Origin: the human T2T-CHM13v2.0 reference genome, Homo sapiens
Reading direction: 5' to 3'
NCBI GenBank assembly: GCA_009914755.4
Contig: CP068257.2
Span: 10,496,001-10,560,000, forward strand
DNA: 64,000 bases
Part shown: positions 62,949 to 64,000 of the stretch, piece by piece
How the letters are laid out: each line of letters starts with the position of its first letter
Numbering within the stretch: position 1 is the first letter of the stretch
Notes under the pieces: model-generated
Databases searched by the model: none
What the model was told of the DNA's origin: nothing
Seen by the model: the letters and a program-made list of their open reading frames with translations, nothing else
Translations under genes and position numbers: made by a program

Positions 62949-63068
62949 CTGGGAATATTCCTAAGCAACTTAATGTCAAAAAAAATGTAAACGACATCAA
63001 CCAGCAGAAGAATCACAATAATGGCAGTATCTAAAATGTTAAATAAGTCAGAAAAATACTGCTGTCTC
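62949..63068 (-). CDS. TPTE: TPTE-family coding exon (S3 transmembrane helix of the voltage-sensor domain)
   Basis: Acceptor tttatattacag|gagacagcag and donor aatattcccag|gtatgaaa. Translation: (R)[38 protein letters not shown](R). The phase is continuous with the S4 exon. Exons further upstream are outside the window. Confidence 0.8.
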
Positions 63069-63339
63069 CTGTAATATAAAACAAAAAAAATAAGTTCATT
63101 CCCCCCTGCAAGAAGAGATAGGAATATTTAAAGACCACAAACTATTGACTCATCCCCATTAAGAATTCTACTATCATGAATTATTTAAAATGTATTTTCT
63201 AGAGTAGACTAAGGGAAAAATATAACATTCATGGGAAGTTTTCAAACAATAAAATTATATTCATCATTTGACACTTATATGTGACTAAAACACCAACATG
63301 GCAATTCAAACATAATAAGAGATATAACTAAATGCGTAA

Positions 63340-63732
63340 TAATCACCCTCATTGTGGACAATGGGGTATCTATCCCCTCAAGCATTTATCATTCATGTTA
63401 CAAACAATCCAATTACACTCTTTCAGTCATTTAAAAATATACAATCAAGTTATTGTTGACTATGGTCAATCTGTTGTGCTATCAAATAGTAGGCGTTACT
63501 CATTCTATTTTTTTGTACCCATTAACCATCCCCATCTCCCCACCCCCAAGCCCCTACTACCATTCCTAGCCTCTGATGACCATCCATCTACTCTCTAGGT
63601 CTATGAGTTCAATTTTTTTTTTTTTTTTTTAGAGCCCCATAGTAAGTGAGAACATGTGATGTTTATCCTTCTGTGCCTGGCTTATTTCACTTAACAAACA
63701 TAGTGATCTCCAGTTCCATCCATGTTGTTCCA
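63340..63732 (-). mobile_element. L1 3'UTR-region fragment, antisense, with an internal poly-T expansion (63608-63630)
   Basis: ctatggtcaatctgttgtgctatcaaatagtaggcgttactcattctatttttttgtacccattaaccatcc...ctctaggtctatgagttcaa...gagccccatagtaagtgagaacatgtgatgtttatccttctgtgcctggcttatttcacttaacaaacatagtgatctccagttccatccatgttgttccaaatgacag. Confidence 0.8.

Positions 63733-64000
<268 letters not shown>

Overview
This window is primate, almost certainly human or hominid, nuclear DNA. About half of it is interspersed repeats: at least 22 full and 2 partial Alu elements, many L1 fragments of different ages, LTR-like fragments and simple-sequence tracts. It contains no prokaryotic-style system. The most significant content is the 3' two-thirds of a PTEN-like voltage-sensor phosphatase gene of the TPTE family on the minus strand. 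I could place 14 consecutive coding exons, each with a canonical AG acceptor and GT donor and consistent reading phase. They run from the S3 helix of the voltage-sensor domain (62949-63068), through S4 (61202-61301), the phosphatase domain with its P-loop, and the C2 domain, to the stop codon at 25184-25186. Together they give about 402 continuous codons without an internal stop. The more 5' exons lie beyond the right edge of the window (above 63068). The P-loop reads CKGGTDRTG and is split across two exons. This Thr/Asp pair is what I recall as the catalytically inactive TPTE type, as opposed to the CKGGKGRTG of TPTE2/TPIP and the CKAGKGRTG of PTEN. The first ~25 kb (positions 1-25183) lie downstream of the gene's stop codon. 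This stretch is repeat-rich and carries two same-orientation copies of an unusual GC-rich minisatellite (unit about 20 bp, GGCAAAAAGCCGCGGCGGCGG-like) roughly 10.8 kb apart. It also has a 550-bp polypyrimidine (CTTY)n tract. Most long ORFs in the six-frame track are artefacts of repeats: Alu, L1 ORF2 remnants, the minisatellites and the polypyrimidine tract.
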